A DNA stretch of 64,000 nt from NCBI GenBank assembly GCA_963805975.1, contig CAWDVR010000001.1, forward strand, positions 224,001 through 288,000, read 5' to 3'. Each line of letters starts with the position of its first letter. Positions within the stretch are counted from its first letter, which is position 1. Positions 47,022 to 56,451 of the stretch are shown in pieces. Below the pieces are notes generated by a model that worked only from the letters and a program-made list of their open reading frames with translations, had not been told where the DNA came from and did no database searches. Made by a program: the position numbers and the translations under genes. Origin of the DNA: an uncultured Acidobacteriota bacterium (GTDB lineage Bacteria > Acidobacteriota > Thermoanaerobaculia > Multivoradales > SZUA-115).

Positions 47022-48455
47022 CTAGCGCCCGATCTTCACCATGCAGTGCTTGACCTGCGTGTAGTCCTCGAGCGCGTAGAGGGACATGTCCTTGCCGTAG
47101 CCGGACTGCTTGTAGCCGCCGTGGGGCATCTCGGAGACCAGCGGCACGTGGTCGTTCACCCACACCGTGCCGAAGCGGAGCTTGCGCATGGCGTTGAAGG
47201 CCCGGCTGACGTTCGAGGTCCACACCGAGGCCGCGAGGCCGTAGTCCACGTCATTGGCCCAGCGGATCGCCTCGTCGTCGTCTGCGAAGGGAGTGACGGT
47301 GACCACCGGCCCGAAGACCTCCCGCTGCACGATCTCGTCGCCCTGGCGTGCATCGGCCACCACCGTGGGACGAAAGTAGAAGCCCCGGCCGTCGGCCGGG
47401 CCGCCGCCGGTCAGCACCCGGGCGTGACCGCCGGCCCGCGCCCGCTCGACGAAGCCCGCCACCCGCTCGCGCTGCTCGGCGGAGACCACCGGCCCGAGCG
47501 CCGTGGACTCGTCCTCGATCGGCCCCATGGCGATCGACTCGACGGCCGGCACCAGCTCGGCGAGCAGGCGATCGTAGACCCGGCGGCTGGCGTAGAGCCG
47601 GCAGGCGGCCGTGCAGTCCTGGCCGCTGTTGACGAAGCCGGCGACCTTGACGCTCTCGACCACCGCCGCCAGGTCGGCGTCGTCGAAGATCAGCACCGGT
47701 GCCTTGCCACCCAGCTCGAGGTGCACTTTCTTGAGCGTGGCGGCGGCGGCGCGCGCCACCTCTTTGCCGGTAGCCACGTCGCCGGTCAACGAGACCATGC
47801 CGACCATGGGGTGCTCGACCAGCGGCGCGCCGACCGGCAGGCCGTGGCCGGTGATCACATTCAGCACCCCGGGTGGGAAGATCTCGGCCGCGAGCTCGGC
47901 CAGGCGGAGGGAGGTGAGCGGCGTCTGCTCGGCGGGTTTCAAGACCACCGTGTTGCCGGCGGCGAGCGCCGGGCCGATCTTCCACACCGCCATCATCAAC
48001 GGGTAGTTCCAGGGCGCGATCAAGCCCACCACGCCCACCGGCTCACGGCGGATGATGCTGGTGTAGCCCGCCAGGTACTCCCCGGCGGCCCGCCCCTCGA
48101 GGCAGCGGGCGGCGCCGGCGAAGAAGCGCAGGTTGTCGACGATGAACGGGATCTCCGAGCGCGCGAGCGCGATCGGCTTGCCCACGTTCGAGGCTTCGAG
48201 AGCGGCGAGCTCCTCGCCGTGCCGCTCGACGGCGTCGGCGAGCTTCAGGAGCACGCCGCTCCGCTCCATCGGCGTCGAGTCGTACCAGGTCTCGAAGGCC
48301 TTCGCGGCGGCCTCGACCGCAAGCTCGACATCGGCCGCCGAGCCGGTGGCAACGCGGGCGATCTCCTCCTCGGTGGCCGGGTCGAGGATCGCCTCGTCGC
48401 GGCCATCCGCGGCAGCGGTGAACCGGCCGCCGATGAACATCCCGTAGGTCTTCAT
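47022..48455 (-). CDS. patD: gamma-aminobutyraldehyde dehydrogenase
   Basis: RFFAGAARCLEGRAAGEY, APWNYPLMMAVWK, ELGGKAP, NSGQDCTAACR, EMPHGGYKQSGYGKDMSLYALEDYT. Confidence 0.92.
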   Translation of the reverse strand: MKTYGMFIGGRFTAAADGRDEAILDPATEEEIARVATGSAADVELAVEAAAKAFETWYDSTPMERSGVLLKLADAVERHGEELAALEASNVGKPIALARSEIPFIVDNLRFFAGAARCLEGRAAGEYLAGYTSIIRREPVGVVGLIAPWNYPLMMAVWKIGPALAAGNTVVLKPAEQTPLTSLRLAELAAEIFPPGVLNVITGHGLPVGAPLVEHPMVGMVSLTGDVATGKEVARAAAATLKKVHLELGGKAPVLIFDDADLAAVVESVKVAGFVNSGQDCTAACRLYASRRVYDRLLAELVPAVESIAMGPIEDESTALGPVVSAEQRERVAGFVERARAGGHARVLTGGGPADGRGFYFRPTVVADARQGDEIVQREVFGPVVTVTPFADDDEAIRWANDVDYGLAASVWTSNVSRAFNAMRKLRFGTVWVNDHVPLVSEMPHGGYKQSGYGKDMSLYALEDYTQVKHCMVKIGR

Positions 48456-48464
48456 CCCGAATCC

Positions 48465-49253
48465 CTAGAAGCTGATGGCACCGCCCACTGTGAACACCGT
48501 CTCGTCCTCGAACAGGCCCGCGAGAACCGGATCGTCCTCGGCCCGCGAGTCGATCGAATCGAGCGCGACCGAGCGTTGCACCTGTGCGTGGACGCTGATC
48601 CTATCCGTGATCTGGACCGGCACGTTGACGCCTACCAGGAAGTCGTTCAGGGCGCCGTTGCTCTTCGCCTTGTTGTTGTAGTGGAAGTCGAAGCCCAGCG
48701 AGGCCGCGAGATCGAGGCTCACCTTGCTGCCGAGCGGGAAGCTATGGGAGATTCCGAGCGAGGCATAGCCGCCGTCCAGCTCGTCGATGTCGCGGAAATA
48801 GGACAGCGTCGGTGCCAGCACTACGTCGAAGGCGAGGATGCCGTAGACCTCGTAGGTGTCGAGGAAGCCGAGGGCCTCTTCGACGTCGGAGCTGTACAGG
48901 TACGTGAGCCCGCCGACCGTCAGCGACGCCTTCTCGCCCAGCGCGAAAGTGTAGTCGAGGCCGAAATCGGCCTCCCGGTAGTCCAGGTCGGAACCCGGGA
49001 TGTCGGCCGAGAAGCCGTAAGCGTAGACCACGAGGCCACCCACGGTCAGCTTCGCGCTCCCCCAGGTGACCGGCTCGTCGTCCAGCAGGTCGACACCGCG
49101 GAACAGATAGATGCTGCTGTGGTCGGCAGTGAGATCGACCGCCCAGCTCTTCTCGGGCTCCTCGGCCGCCGGCTCCTCCTGCGCCAGGGCGGTGCCCGCC
49201 ATCCCCAGTGCAACGGCCAGCAGCAAGACAATCCATTTCATGTTTTTGATCAT
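48465..49253 (-). CDS. outer-membrane beta-barrel protein (TorF/TIGR02001-like putative porin)
   Basis: Signal peptide; SIYLFRG, EADFGLDY, alternating beta pattern; C-terminal Phe (GGAISF). Confidence 0.75.
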   Translation of the reverse strand: MIKNMKWIVLLLAVALGMAGTALAQEEPAAEEPEKSWAVDLTADHSSIYLFRGVDLLDDEPVTWGSAKLTVGGLVVYAYGFSADIPGSDLDYREADFGLDYTFALGEKASLTVGGLTYLYSSDVEEALGFLDTYEVYGILAFDVVLAPTLSYFRDIDELDGGYASLGISHSFPLGSKVSLDLAASLGFDFHYNNKAKSNGALNDFLVGVNVPVQITDRISVHAQVQRSVALDSIDSRAEDDPVLAGLFEDETVFTVGGAISF

Positions 49254-49515
49254 GACTCCCTCCGACATCCGTAGGGCGCAGCCTCGCGCCGCTCCTCCGA
49301 ATGGAGCAGGCACAGATCCGCGCTGTTTCATCTAGCTAAAGAACGTGCGCAGTTTACTACCACTCTCCTCCGCCCGGTTCGATTCTTCAGCAGTTGGCTA
49401 AAGGAGGAGGTGCCCGGCGGGCACCGGCCGGGACAACCCAACCCGGAGACCTAACCGGGGAACCTAAGGCGCAACGGCGAAAGAAGTTCGCAAGAACGCT
49501 AAGAGCGTCTAAGCC

Positions 49516-50334
49516 TTACCGCTCGCCATCGTCGTCGGCCCGCGTCAAGTAGTGAGCGAGGAGGATTGGCACCGTGGTCACGGCAATGACGAAGAACGCC
49601 GTGACGTGGGTGACCGGCCGATCGCGGGGCCGGGTGAGCTGGTCCACGATCCAGATCGGCAGCGTGCGCTGTTCCGGGCCGGCGGTGAAGGTGGTGACGA
49701 TCACCTCGTCGAAAGACAGCGAGAAGGCGAGCATGCCGCCGGCGAGAAGCGCCGTGGCGATGGCCGGCAGCACCACGTGGCGGAAGGTCTGGAAGGCGTC
49801 GGCGCCGAGGTCCATCGAGGCCTCGATCTGCGATCGGCCGGTGCGGCGTAGGCGCGCCGCCACGTTGTTGTACACGGTGACGATGCAGAAGGTGGCATGG
49901 CCCGCGACCAGGGTCCAGAAGGAGAACGGCAGGGAGGCGAGCGACAGGGCCGAGCGCAGGGCGATGCCGGTGACGATGCCCGGCAGCGCGATGGGCAGGA
50001 TGACGAGGAGCGTCACCGCCTCGCGGCCGAGGAACCGGCCGCGCACCACGGCCAGGGCGGCAAGGGTGCCGAGCACCAGGGCCAGGGCGGTCGAGGCGGC
50101 GGCCACCTGGAGCGACAGCGCGAGGGCCTGCCACATGTCCTGCCGCTCCCAGGCGGCGGCGAACCAGCGGAGGGTCAGGCCCGGCGGCGGGAAGCTGAGG
50201 GTGGCCTGGTCGGTGGTGAAGGCATAGAGAAACATCAGCTGCATCGGCAGGTGGAGGAAGGCGAGCACCCCCACGGCGGCCAGGGTCAGGCCCCACGGCG
50301 CTTTCTCCGGTCGCCGGCTGCCGCTAGAGCGCAT
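49516..50334 (-). CDS. ydcV: polyamine ABC transporter permease (YdcV/PotC-like)
   Basis: [39 protein letters not shown]. Confidence 0.88.
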   Translation of the reverse strand: MRSSGSRRPEKAPWGLTLAAVGVLAFLHLPMQLMFLYAFTTDQATLSFPPPGLTLRWFAAAWERQDMWQALALSLQVAAASTALALVLGTLAALAVVRGRFLGREAVTLLVILPIALPGIVTGIALRSALSLASLPFSFWTLVAGHATFCIVTVYNNVAARLRRTGRSQIEASMDLGADAFQTFRHVVLPAIATALLAGGMLAFSLSFDEVIVTTFTAGPEQRTLPIWIVDQLTRPRDRPVTHVTAFFVIAVTTVPILLAHYLTRADDDGER

Positions 50335-51244
50335 CGAAAGCCTTCAGCCGGCGGGCGATACCGAGGTACACGGCCATGATCACCATCGGCCCCACGGTCA
50401 TCGCCGCGGCGAGCGGCATGTTGCCGGCCGTGCCCTGGTGGCGGAGCACGGCCTGGCCGATGAACAGGCTCGAGTTGCCGATCGTGCCCGGGATGATGAA
50501 GTCGCCCAGGGTCAGCGAGAAGGTGAAGATCGAGCCGGCCACGATGCCGGGGAAGGCGAGCGGCAGGGTGACGGAGAAGAAGGTGCGCCGCGGCCTGGCC
50601 CCGAGGTCCGCCGAGGCCTCGAGCAGCGTGCGCGGCACCCGCGAGAGCGCCGCCTCGACCGGCAGGATCATGTAGGGCAGCCAGACGTAGAGGAAGACCA
50701 GAAACATCCCCAGCGCCGAGAACGACAGCGACGGCCCGCCGATCCAGGGCAGCGCAAGCACCGCCTCGAGTACCGGTGTGGCTCCCAGCTTGGCGAACAG
50801 CCAGCCGAGGACGCCCTCCTTGGCCAGGATCAGCTTCCAGGAGTAGACCCGCACGATGTAGCTCGACCACAGCGGCAGCACCACCGCCAGGTAGAGGAGC
50901 GCCCGCCGCCGGCCGCGCGCGTAGCGGGCCATGTAGTAGGCGAGCGGCAGGGCGAGGGCCGCGGCGGCCACCGTCACCGCCGTCGCCATGGCGGCGGTGC
51001 GCAGGAAGATGTCGCGGTGGGCAGGCGTGAAGAGCTCTCCGTAGGTGGCGAGCGTCAGCTCTCGCCGCACCTGGCCGGTGTAGGGGTCGACCGAGAAGAA
51101 GCTCTGGACGACGAGCGCCAGGAGCGATCCCAGGTACACCACTCCCAGCCACAGGAGCGGCGGGCCCAGCAGCAGGGCCACGGCCCATCGCGGCCGGGAA
51201 TGGAGGAACGAGGACAGGCGCCGGAGCGCCCCTGCTGCGGGCAA
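50324..51244 (-). CDS. ydcU: polyamine ABC transporter permease (YdcU/PotB-like); start approximate
   Basis: [49 protein letters not shown]. Confidence 0.88.
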   Translation of the reverse strand: MPAAGALRRLSSFLHSRPRWAVALLLGPPLLWLGVVYLGSLLALVVQSFFSVDPYTGQVRRELTLATYGELFTPAHRDIFLRTAAMATAVTVAAAALALPLAYYMARYARGRRRALLYLAVVLPLWSSYIVRVYSWKLILAKEGVLGWLFAKLGATPVLEAVLALPWIGGPSLSFSALGMFLVFLYVWLPYMILPVEAALSRVPRTLLEASADLGARPRRTFFSVTLPLAFPGIVAGSIFTFSLTLGDFIIPGTIGNSSLFIGQAVLRHQGTAGNMPLAAAMTVGPMVIMAVYLGIARRLKAFDAL

Positions 51245-51246
51245 GC

Positions 51247-52311
51247 TCAGGGCTCCTCGAGCGGGCGGTTGTGGGCGCGGCTCCAGACCAGGCGGGTGCG
51301 CCGCCCCTTGGCGGCCAGCGCGTCGAGCGAGGTGTGATCGAGGTTCTGCTCGACCACCGTCATCTCCTGCCGGGGGCTTCCGTCCGCGCCGGGGCCCGGG
51401 TCGAGCTCCACCAGGTAGCGGGTGTGCATCCCCAGGTAGAAGACCTCGCGGATGGTGCCGTCGGCCACGCATTCGCCCACGGCGGGCTCGGCTTCCGGGG
51501 GGCGGAGGCGGATCTTCTCGGGCCGCACGGCGACGGTGGCGGGCGAGCCGGTCAGCCTTCGCGCCAGCTCGCCGGCGAGGAGGTTCGAGACCCCCACGAA
51601 GCCCGAGACGAAGGCGGTCTTCGGCCGCTCGTAGACCTCGGCCGGCGTCCCCACCTGTTCGATCCGGCCCTGGTTGAAGACTGCGAGCCGGTCGGAGAGG
51701 GTCAGCGCCTCTTCCTGGTCGTGGGTGACGTAGAGAAAGCTGATGCCCACCTGCTGCTGGATCGCCTTGAGCTCCACTTCCATCTGCTGGCGAAGCTTCA
51801 GATCGAGAGCGCCCAGGGGCTCGTCCAGGAGCAGCAGGCGCGGCCGGTTGACCAGCGCCCGCGCCAGGGCCACGCGCTGCCGCTGGCCGCCGGAGAGCTC
51901 GTTGGGCTTGCGCTTCCCGTAGCCGGGCAGGCGCACCAGGGCCAGCGCCTCGTCGACGCGCCGGCCGAGCTCCGGCTTCGCCACGCGCTTGATCCTGAGG
52001 CCGTAGCCGACGTTCTCCGCCACCGTCAGGTGGGGGAAGAGCGCGTAGTCCTGGAAGACGGTGTTGACGTCGCGGTCGTAGGGGGCGAGGTCGGTGACGT
52101 CGCGGCCGGCCAGGAAGACGCGGCCGGCCGAAGGCCGCTCGAAGCCGGCCACCATGCGCAGGCAGGTGGTCTTGCCGGAGCCCGAGGGGCCGAGCAGGGA
52201 GAAGAACTCCCCCTCCGCCACCTCGAGGGTGACGCCGTCCACCGCGCGGACTTCGCCGAAGGAGCGGCTGACACGGTCGAGCCGGACGGCGGGGGCGGTC
52301 AAGAGAGCCAC
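51247..52311 (-). CDS. ydcT: polyamine ABC transporter ATPase (YdcT/PotA-like)
   Basis: GPSGSGKT, VFQDYALFPH, LSGGQRQR, LLLDEP, VTHDQEEA; C-terminal TOBE-like region. Confidence 0.92.
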   Translation of the reverse strand: MALLTAPAVRLDRVSRSFGEVRAVDGVTLEVAEGEFFSLLGPSGSGKTTCLRMVAGFERPSAGRVFLAGRDVTDLAPYDRDVNTVFQDYALFPHLTVAENVGYGLRIKRVAKPELGRRVDEALALVRLPGYGKRKPNELSGGQRQRVALARALVNRPRLLLLDEPLGALDLKLRQQMEVELKAIQQQVGISFLYVTHDQEEALTLSDRLAVFNQGRIEQVGTPAEVYERPKTAFVSGFVGVSNLLAGELARRLTGSPATVAVRPEKIRLRPPEAEPAVGECVADGTIREVFYLGMHTRYLVELDPGPGADGSPRQEMTVVEQNLDHTSLDALAAKGRRTRLVWSRAHNRPLEEP

Positions 52312-52342
52312 GTCCTGCCGGGAGTGGCCGGGCCGCCCGCTC

Positions 52343-53548
52343 TCACCTCCCGCCGATCACCGCGATGTAGTCCGTCGCCCAGCGGTAGTAGGGCACGCAG
52401 CCCGAGCGGATCTTGTCGCAGGCCGTGGTCGGCGTCTTCCAGAAGTGGATCTTCGCGAAGTGGTCGTAGCCGTTGGTGGCACAGCCGCCGTCGCCCAGGA
52501 GCGCATTGCCGGTGCAGGCCGCGGCCACCACCGGCACCGAGCCGAACCAGGCCGCTAGGTCGCCCTGGAGCTTGGGGTCGAGCGAGTGCTCGAGCCACTG
52601 GTAGGCGCAGTTCGGGTGCGGCGCATCGACGTGCACCATGGTCGAGTCCGCCCAGCCCGTGCTGCCTTCCTTGGGGAAGACGCTCGCCACCGGCTGGTTC
52701 TCCGCCTTGAGCAGGTTGACCTGGAAGGGCCACGTGGAGGAGGCCACCACGCCCTCGTTCTTGAAGTCGTCCACCTGCACGTTGGGGTCGTGCCAGTACT
52801 TGCCGACCAGCTTGCGCTGCTGGCGCAACAGGTCGAGCGCGGCCTTGTACTGCTCCTCGGTGAGCGCGTAGGGGTCCTCGATGGCGAGCTCGGGCCGGGT
52901 GGCCTTCAGGTACAGGGCGGCGTCCGCGATGTAGATCGGCCCGTCGTAGGCTTGCACGCGGCCCTTGTTGGACTTGCCGTCCGGCAGGACGGTCTCCTCG
53001 AAGACCACCTTCCAGCTGTCCGGCGGCTGGCTGCCGAACGCCTTGGTGTTGTACAGCAGCACGTTCGGCCCCCACTGGTAGGGCACGCCGTAGTGCTTGC
53101 CGTCCACCGTGTGCCAGGGCGCGTTCTGCAGCCACCCCTCCACCTTGCTCCAGCTCGGCACCAGGCCGACGTTGATCTCCTGCACCTTGCCGCCGGTGAT
53201 CAGGCGGTTCGAGGCGTCGCCCGAGGCGGTCACCAGGTCGAACCCGCCGTCGTTCATCAGCGCCACCATCTCGTCGGAGGTGGCGGCGGTCTTCACCGTC
53301 ACCTTGCAGCCGCTCTGCTGCTCGAAAGCCGTCACCCAGTCGTAGGCCTTGTCGGTCTCGCCGCGCTCGATGTAGCCCGGCCAGGCGACGATCGACACCT
53401 GGCCCTCGCCGGCCCCGAGCGCGGTCATCGCCGGCTTGGCCGTCGGCCCGGGCGGTGGCGGCTCGGCCTGCTTCGAGGCCTGCCCGCCGCAGCCGGCGAG
53501 CGCGAGCATCAGGACCGGGGTCATCCACTGCGAGATTCGACGGTGCAT
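52343..53548 (-). CDS. ydcS: polyamine ABC transporter substrate-binding lipoprotein (YdcS-like)
   Basis: Lipobox LAGC; IVAWPGYIERGETDKAYDWVT, TASGDAS, PYQWGPN, TGWADS. Confidence 0.9.
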   Translation of the reverse strand: MHRRISQWMTPVLMLALAGCGGQASKQAEPPPPGPTAKPAMTALGAGEGQVSIVAWPGYIERGETDKAYDWVTAFEQQSGCKVTVKTAATSDEMVALMNDGGFDLVTASGDASNRLITGGKVQEINVGLVPSWSKVEGWLQNAPWHTVDGKHYGVPYQWGPNVLLYNTKAFGSQPPDSWKVVFEETVLPDGKSNKGRVQAYDGPIYIADAALYLKATRPELAIEDPYALTEEQYKAALDLLRQQRKLVGKYWHDPNVQVDDFKNEGVVASSTWPFQVNLLKAENQPVASVFPKEGSTGWADSTMVHVDAPHPNCAYQWLEHSLDPKLQGDLAAWFGSVPVVAAACTGNALLGDGGCATNGYDHFAKIHFWKTPTTACDKIRSGCVPYYRWATDYIAVIGGR

Positions 53549-53766
53549 GGTCTTGCTCCTTTCACCACGGCGCCAGCGGCGAATGCCGCGGGGGCGCAGC
53601 TCGCCGATCTCGAGAAGGGTCGAAAAATCTGACGCAAGCGTAGCATGGGGCCGGCGCCCCGGACGGGGTCGGCCCTGATCGGGAGCGACACAGATCCCGC
53701 GGTTCGCCCGATGGTATTCTTTCGCGTTCAAGCGCGGGACCAAGTTCCAAGTACGGAGGCTTTCCC

Positions 53767-54618
53767 ATGCCAGACGCCGTCGCCAAGGCCACTGGCGCCG
53801 ACATCATCCAGTTGATCGTCGAGCAGATGTACGATCAGCTCGAGCCTCTCGCCACCGAGGTCCTGGCTCCCAGCCTGTACCAGGTCTACCTCCACGAGGG
53901 TGACTACCGGCGCCTCCAGGGGATCGTCGCCCGGCTCGAGGCGGACGCGCGCCGCGCCCTGGACAACGAGATCGCACGCCTCAACCGCCAGGCCCAGCCG
54001 CTCTTCGTGCGCCTGCTGGGAAAGCTCCGCCAGCAGCCGTTCAGCAGGCCGCCGAAGCGCTACTGCTCGGCAGACGGCGAGTGGCACATCCAGATCCAGC
54101 CGGACCCAGACGAGTCTCTCGAGCCGGGGCGGGTGCGCGTGGTCTCCGACCTCGCGCTGGGCCCCGAGGAGGGCTACGGAAGCGGGAGCAAGACCCATCG
54201 CATCCACTCCGTCACCCGCAACCTCAAAGAGCTGACAGGACGCCCGCGCGCCGCCGAGAACCTCATCCCCACGCTGGCGCGTTTCTCCTATGTGGATGGC
54301 CAGGGGCCGCAGGTCTACGAGATGAAGAAGACCGAGATCGTGATCGGCCGTCAGGCGGTCAACGCGATGACCGACATCGCTCTCGACACCTTGCAGGACG
54401 TCTCGCGCGAGCACGCCTACGTCAAGTACTCGGACCACCGGTTCTTCATCAAGGACGTGGGCGACTACGGCACCAAGGTCAACGGCAGGAAGGTGCAGGC
54501 GAGCCGGCCCAACGCGGCCGGGGGAGGCCCCGACCTCGACCTCTGGGTGCCGCTCGGGGACGGCGACACGATCGAGCTGGCCGACGTGATCACCCTCGAT
54601 TTCGAGGTGGCGAAGTGA
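53767..54618 (+). CDS. FhaA-like protein (DUF3662-like N-terminus plus FHA domain)
   Basis: LAPSLYQVYLHEGDY (DUF3662-like); FHA motifs IVIGR, VSREHA, YGTKVNG, LGDGDTI. Confidence 0.82.
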   Translation: MPDAVAKATGADIIQLIVEQMYDQLEPLATEVLAPSLYQVYLHEGDYRRLQGIVARLEADARRALDNEIARLNRQAQPLFVRLLGKLRQQPFSRPPKRYCSADGEWHIQIQPDPDESLEPGRVRVVSDLALGPEEGYGSGSKTHRIHSVTRNLKELTGRPRAAENLIPTLARFSYVDGQGPQVYEMKKTEIVIGRQAVNAMTDIALDTLQDVSREHAYVKYSDHRFFIKDVGDYGTKVNGRKVQASRPNAAGGGPDLDLWVPLGDGDTIELADVITLDFEVAK

Positions 54619-54707
54619 CCTTGCTCTTTCTCGCCCGGCTTGGCTTTCTCTTGGCCCTGCTCCTCGTTTCGGCCCTGTTCTTCTGGGCGGCCTCCCGCCG
54701 GCGGTAG
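54615..54707 (+). CDS. 30-aa single-TM small protein
   Basis: GTG overlaps the stop of the FHA gene (GTGA); GAGG upstream; MTLLFLARLGFLLALLLVSALFFWAASRRR; ends 14 nt before the next start. Confidence 0.55.
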   Translation: MTLLFLARLGFLLALLLVSALFFWAASRRR

Positions 54708-54721
54708 GAGGAAGGCGCGCG

Positions 54722-56434
54722 ATGCTCACCTCGAGCCCCGGGTTCGCGGCCCGCTCCGACGTCGGCCGGACGCGGGACAACAACGAAGACCGGGTGGTGT
54801 GCGACCGTCGCCGATCGGTGTTCGCGGTCATCGACGGCGTTGGGGGAGAGGCGGGGGGCGAGGAAGCGGCGCGCATCGCCGAGGAGTACCTCCTGGACCG
54901 GCTGTCGCGCCGCACCGGCACCCCCGAGCAGATCCTCGAGCAGGCCATCACCCTCGCCAACACCAGGATCCTGGACGAGGCGCGCTCGAATCCTCGGCTC
55001 GAGGGCATGTCCTGCGTGATCACCGCGCTGGTGCTCGAGGCGCGGGACCAACGGATGGAGGCCATCTACGGCCATGTGGGAGACACCCGGCTCTACCGGC
55101 TGTCTCCCGGCCAGATCGAGAAGATCACCCGCGACCACTCCTTCGTCGGCAAGCTGGAGGACAGTGGTCAGCTCTCCGAGGAAGACGCCATGCGCCATCC
55201 GCGGCGCAGCGAGATCCTGCGTGACCTCGGCAGCGAGGAACACGACCTGGGCGACGCCGGGTTCATCGACATCGGCCGGCTGCCGTTTCCGCCCGACAGT
55301 GCCTTCCTGCTGTGCAGCGATGGACTGTCGGACCAGGTGAGCTCGCACCAGATCCGGAAGATCGTCGAAGGCTCTGCCGACGACCCCCGGCGAGTGGTAG
55401 AGCGGCTGGTCGTCGCCGCCAACGAGGCCGGGGGCAAGGACAACGTGTCGGTCGTGCTGCTCACCGGCGCCGAGTACGCGGCGGCAGTCCGGCGGGCAGA
55501 GCACCGGGCCAGGAATGACCTGCGCTCTGTTCCCGAGCGCGTGCCGGCTCGGGGCATCGTTGTCTCGGAGGAGCCCGGGCGTGCCCCGGCGAAGCGGGCC
55601 GCTCCAGGCGCGTCCCGGCGCGAGCCCTCGGCCGGCCCCTGGCGCCGGCTGGCCGTGGGCGCCGGCGTCAGCCTGCTGCTCCTGCTCGCGCTCGCGATGT
55701 CCTGGGACCGGCTCCTCCCCTGGCTCGAGGCCCGGGTCGGCGGGCTGGGCACCATCGCTCCGAGGGGCGAGAGCCTCGTCGTGCCCGAGAGCGGTTTCGC
55801 TACCTTGCAGGAGGCGATCGATGCCGCCCGGCCGGGCACGACCCTCCTCGTCGAGCCCGGCCGGTACTCCGAGGCCCTGCGCTTGCGAAGCGGGGTCTCG
55901 CTGGTGAGCGCCCAGCCGGGTGGCGCCGTGCTCGCGCCCATCTCCGGAGAGGCGGTGGTGCGGGCCGAGGGGGTGCGCGAGGTGCGCTTCGAGGGCTTCC
56001 GTCTCGAAGCCGCGGCCTCCGTGACGATCGGCCTCGAGCTGATCGAGTCCGAGCTCCAGGCGGTCGACCTCGAGATCTCCGGCGCGTCGCTGGCCGCCGT
56101 GCGCACCCGAGGCGCCGACCGCTCGCGCATCGAGCGGTCGGTGCTGCGCAACAACGCGGGCGCCGCCCTGCGATCCGACTCCGGCACTGCCCTCTGGTTT
56201 CTCGACAACCTGGTGCAGGCGAGCGGCACCGCCGCCGGCCGCTCGGCCGTCGAAGTGGCAGAGGGCGCCCACCCGCGGATCTCGGGCAATCGCTTCACGG
56301 GCGGCGCTGTGCCGGTGGTCTGCGGGCCGGCTACCCTCGATGAAGAGAAGCTCTTCGCCTGGAACCAGTTCGGGGAGCTCCGGCGGGACCAGGCCGTCCG
56401 CCTCGGCACGCCGGGCTGCGGAGCGGGCCGCTGA
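54722..56434 (+). CDS. PP2C/PPM Ser/Thr phosphatase with a TM segment and an extracytoplasmic parallel beta-helix
   Basis: SDVGRTRDNNED, AVIDGVGG, HVGDTRLY, TRDHS, LCSDGL, GGKDNVSV; TM; TLQEAIDAARPGTTLLVEPGRYSE beta-helix cap. Confidence 0.9.
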   Translation: MLTSSPGFAARSDVGRTRDNNEDRVVCDRRRSVFAVIDGVGGEAGGEEAARIAEEYLLDRLSRRTGTPEQILEQAITLANTRILDEARSNPRLEGMSCVITALVLEARDQRMEAIYGHVGDTRLYRLSPGQIEKITRDHSFVGKLEDSGQLSEEDAMRHPRRSEILRDLGSEEHDLGDAGFIDIGRLPFPPDSAFLLCSDGLSDQVSSHQIRKIVEGSADDPRRVVERLVVAANEAGGKDNVSVVLLTGAEYAAAVRRAEHRARNDLRSVPERVPARGIVVSEEPGRAPAKRAAPGASRREPSAGPWRRLAVGAGVSLLLLLALAMSWDRLLPWLEARVGGLGTIAPRGESLVVPESGFATLQEAIDAARPGTTLLVEPGRYSEALRLRSGVSLVSAQPGGAVLAPISGEAVVRAEGVREVRFEGFRLEAAASVTIGLELIESELQAVDLEISGASLAAVRTRGADRSRIERSVLRNNAGAALRSDSGTALWFLDNLVQASGTAAGRSAVEVAEGAHPRISGNRFTGGAVPVVCGPATLDEEKLFAWNQFGELRRDQAVRLGTPGCGAGR

Positions 56435-56451
56435 AAGGCGAAGAGACGCCC

